A DNA stretch of 64,000 nucleotides from an uncultured Chthoniobacter sp. Lineage in GTDB: Bacteria > Verrucomicrobiota > Verrucomicrobiia > Chthoniobacterales > Terrimicrobiaceae. Below are positions 61,705-64,000 of the stretch, piece after piece. The position numbers were made by a program, and so were the translations under genes. The DNA lies in contig CAYSKK010000010.1 in assembly GCA_964431635.1 (NCBI GenBank), forward strand, positions 80,740-144,739. The letters run 5' to 3'. The stretch's first letter is position 1, and each line of letters begins with the position of its first letter. The notes under the pieces are model-generated. The model was not told the DNA's origin and searched no databases. It was given only the letters and a program-made list of their open reading frames with translations.

Positions 61705-62778
61705 ATGATCGCGCTCACCATTGAGAATCTGGTCAAGAAATTCGGGGACACGGTCGCCCTGAATGGCATCAGCTTCCGCATCGAGCCCGGCGAAATCTTT
61801 TTCCTGCTGGGGCCGAGCGGGTGCGGGAAGACGACCCTGCTGCGCAACATCGCCGGGTTTTATATCCCGGATTCCGGAAAAATTCTGTTCGGGCAGGAGG
61901 ATGTGACCCGGCTCCCGCCCCATAAAAGGAACACCGGGATGATGTTCCAAAGCTACGCGCTCTGGCCGCACATGACGGTCGCAAAAAACGTGGCCTTCGG
62001 CCTTGAGGAGCGGAAAGTTTCCGCGGCGGAAACCAAAAAACGCGTCGGAGAGGCGTTGGAATCCGTCCAAATGTCCGCCTATGCGGACCGGAAAATCGCG
62101 CAGCTTTCGGGGGGGCAGCAGCAGCGTGTGGCGCTGGCAAGGGCGCTGGTCATCCGTCCGCGCTGCCTCCTCCTCGACGAGCCGCTCTCAAATCTGGATG
62201 CCAAACTCCGCCTGGAGATGCGCACCGAGATCCGGCGCGTCTGCAAGGAGTCCGGGCTCACCGCGATCTACGTCACGCACGACCAGAAGGAGGCGCTCTC
62301 GATATCCGACCGCATGGCCATCCTCGAAGGCGGAAAAATCGCCCAGATCGGAACCCCCGAGCAGGTTTACCGCAGGCCGAAATCGAAGGTCGTCGCGGAT
62401 TTTATCGGGGAAACAAATTTTATCCCCGGAAAAATCCGTTCCGCTTCCGCCGGACGGGCGGTGGTCGACGCCGGGACCTTCGGCGTTTTCGAGGGAGCCT
62501 TGGGGGATCCAAACTGGCTCCCGAAGCCGGGCGAGGAAGCCGAGATGTCCATCCGCCCCGAATGCTGGACGCTTCATGAGGCCCGGCCCGAAAAGAATTC
62601 CGTGTGCGGACGGGTCGGCGGGGCGGTCTATCTCGGCGAGATCGCTCAATACCGGTTCTCCACCGCCGGGGGGGCGCTGAAAATTTTTGAGTTGAACCCG
62701 CGCCTCTCGGCGCGTTCGTCGGACCGCGATCTTTTTGCCGCCGCGCAGGCGGAGGACGTCGTCGTGATGCGGAGGTGA
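61705..62778 (+). CDS. ABC importer ATP-binding protein (FbpC/PotA-type with C-terminal TOBE-like domain)
   Basis: [35 protein letters not shown]. 357 aa. Confidence 0.85.
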   Translation: MIALTIENLVKKFGDTVALNGISFRIEPGEIFFLLGPSGCGKTTLLRNIAGFYIPDSGKILFGQEDVTRLPPHKRNTGMMFQSYALWPHMTVAKNVAFGLEERKVSAAETKKRVGEALESVQMSAYADRKIAQLSGGQQQRVALARALVIRPRCLLLDEPLSNLDAKLRLEMRTEIRRVCKESGLTAIYVTHDQKEALSISDRMAILEGGKIAQIGTPEQVYRRPKSKVVADFIGETNFIPGKIRSASAGRAVVDAGTFGVFEGALGDPNWLPKPGEEAEMSIRPECWTLHEARPEKNSVCGRVGGAVYLGEIAQYRFSTAGGALKIFELNPRLSARSSDRDLFAAAQAEDVVVMRR

Positions 62779-62782
62779 AACC

Positions 62783-64000
62783 GTGAGCCGTCGCATCCTT
62801 GTCGTCCTGGCCGCGATGGCCGTGGTGATTGCGATCCCGTTCGCCTTGAAGCCGAAGGAGAACCTTCTCGCCCGCGCGGATGACACACTGGTCATCGTCT
62901 CGCCACACAACGAGGCGATCCGCTACGAATTCAGCCGGGCGTTTGCCGACCACTACAAAAAGAAAACCGGCCGTTCGGTTCGCCTCGACTGGCGGCTTCC
63001 TGGAGGGACCAGCGAGATCGCCCGGTATCTGAAAGGCGAGTATTACGCGGTCTTCGAACGCGAGTGGACTCTGGGAGGCCGCGCATGGACGCCGGAGGTC
63101 GCCGCCGCGTTTGACAACCCGAAGATCAAACCGTCGGATGCCCCGGCGATGGACACCCCCGCACAGGCGGCACGCCGGGCTTTCCTGGCATCCGACCGGG
63201 GCATCGGGATCGACGTGTTTTTCGGCGGCGGAGCGTATGATTTCGAGCAGCAGGCTTCGGCGGGGCGCCTGGTCGCAAGCGATGTGATCGGCCGGCATCC
63301 CGACTGGTTCACGGATGATTCCATCCCGCAGAAAGTGTCCGGGGAACCGTTCTACGATTCGGAAGGACGCTGGATCGGCGCGTGCCTTTCCTCGTTCGGC
63401 ATCTGCTACAACAGCGATTCGCTGCGGCGTCTCGGGGTGAAGGAGCTCCCCGCCTCGTGGCGCGACCTCACAAATCCGCTTCTCTTCAAGCAGGTCGCCC
63501 TTGCCGATCCGACGAAAAGCGGATCCGCCGCCAAGGCGTTCGAGATGGTGATCCAGCAACAGATGCAGGAGCTCGTGCGCGAGGCGGGAGTCGAGGCACC
63601 TGAAATTCTCGCGATCGGCTGGAAACGCGGGCTCGAAATCATCCAGGCCGCCTCGGCGAACGCGCGCTACTTCACGGATGCCGCGGGAAAAGTCCCGCTC
63701 GACGTCTCGCTGGGTGACGCCGCGGCCGGCATGTGCATCGATTTTTACGGTAGATTCCAGAGCGAGGCCGTGAAGGTCGGCGAGACGGCATCGCGGCTCC
63801 AGTATTTCACCCCGGCCGGAGGCTCGTCCGTCGGCGTCGATCCGATCGGTCTGCTTCGCGGCGCACCGAATCGCGCGGTCGCGGAGGAGTTCATCTCCTT
63901 CGTCCTTTCGCCCGAAGGCCAGAAACTATGGAACTTCAAAGTCGGGACGCCCGGCGGACCGGAAAAATACGCGCTCCGCCGGCTGCCCGTGCTGAAGGAA
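62783..64000 (+). CDS. ABC transporter periplasmic substrate-binding protein (Fe3+/polyamine-type), 3' end beyond window
   Basis: Not in the ORF track because no stop is reached. GTG 62783 is preceded by GGAGG (62771-62775). My own translation gives VSRRILVVLAAMAVVIAIPFALKP...LVIVSPHNEAIRYEF...DVFFGGGAYDFE, open to nt 64000. Confidence 0.65.
   Translation, partial: MSRRILVVLAAMAVVIAIPFALKPKENLLARADDTLVIVSPHNEAIRYEFSRAFADHYKKKTGRSVRLDWRLPGGTSEIARYLKGEYYAVFEREWTLGGRAWTPEVAAAFDNPKIKPSDAPAMDTPAQAARRAFLASDRGIGIDVFFGGGAYDFEQQASAGRLVASDVIGRHPDWFTDDSIPQKVSGEPFYDSEGRWIGACLSSFGICYNSDSLRRLGVKELPASWRDLTNPLLFKQVALADPTKSGSAAKAFEMVIQQQMQELVREAGVEAPEILAIGWKRGLEIIQAASANARYFTDAAGKVPLDVSLGDAAAGMCIDFYGRFQSEAVKVGETASRLQYFTPAGGSSVGVDPIGLLRGAPNRAVAEEFISFVLSPEGQKLWNFKVGTPGGPEKYALRRLPVLKE

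Noticed and set aside
62420-63559. 379-aa - strand ORF
   Set aside because: It lies antisense to the ABC ATPase and the substrate-binding protein, and it is Arg/Pro-rich.
1-64000. Search by eye for CRISPR arrays, tRNA/rRNA genes, IS elements, integrases and prophage genes
   Set aside because: No spaced direct repeats were seen. I found no tRNA-like cloverleaf candidates in the few intergenic gaps, and no transposase, integrase or recombinase motifs in any ORF.

Overview
This 64-kb window comes from a moderately GC-rich bacterial (diderm-type) genome and is almost fully coding. I call 59 CDS, all but four on the + strand. Positions ~650-50,650 form one very large cell-surface glycan locus. 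It contains:
- gmhA
- two tandem Wzm/Wzt ABC exporter pairs whose Wzt ATPases carry unrelated C-terminal domains
- an extended-SDR 4-epimerase
- a CDP-hexose branch (rfbF, rfbG) continued not by the classical E1/E3 dideoxy enzymes but by a Zn-ribbon C-methyltransferase, an RmlC-type epimerase, two DegT-fold proteins, and WbqC-like and CmcI-like proteins
- a PAPS-type sulfotransferase
- seven methyltransferase domains in six genes
- about 21 glycosyltransferase-like genes (GT2, GT-B/GT4, GT9, DxD-type, two GT-C-like membrane proteins)
- a WbaP-type phosphoglycosyl transferase
- a Wzy_C/O-antigen-ligase-like protein
- two O-acyl/acetyltransferases

Sequence-level oddities in the locus:
- three AT-rich patches inside the GC-rich locus (C-terminal half of wzt-2 plus rfbF; sulfotransferase plus GT2; acyltransferase)
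- a decayed duplicate of the 3' end of a GT-C-like gene (38940-39106)
- a small overlapping two-gene nucleotidyltransferase-fold module (45929-46773) that looks like a toxin-antitoxin/addiction cassette
- G8/A8 homopolymer tracts in three glycan genes
- pervasive stop/start overlaps with TTG/GTG starts and few Shine-Dalgarno sequences

The right-hand ~13 kb is unrelated metabolism and transport. It holds a PfkB kinase, rhamnulokinase plus a co-oriented unknown, ispA, and a MacB-type ATPase/FtsX-permease/HlyD-adaptor efflux set with a strongly structured intercistronic element. It also holds an SGNH esterase, an LMW phosphotyrosine phosphatase and the start of an Fe3+/polyamine-type ABC importer.

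No rRNA, tRNA, CRISPR array, transposase or integrase was recognised. All family calls rest on motifs read by eye from the supplied translations. No similarity search, HMM or folding program was run, so substrate specificities are hypotheses.
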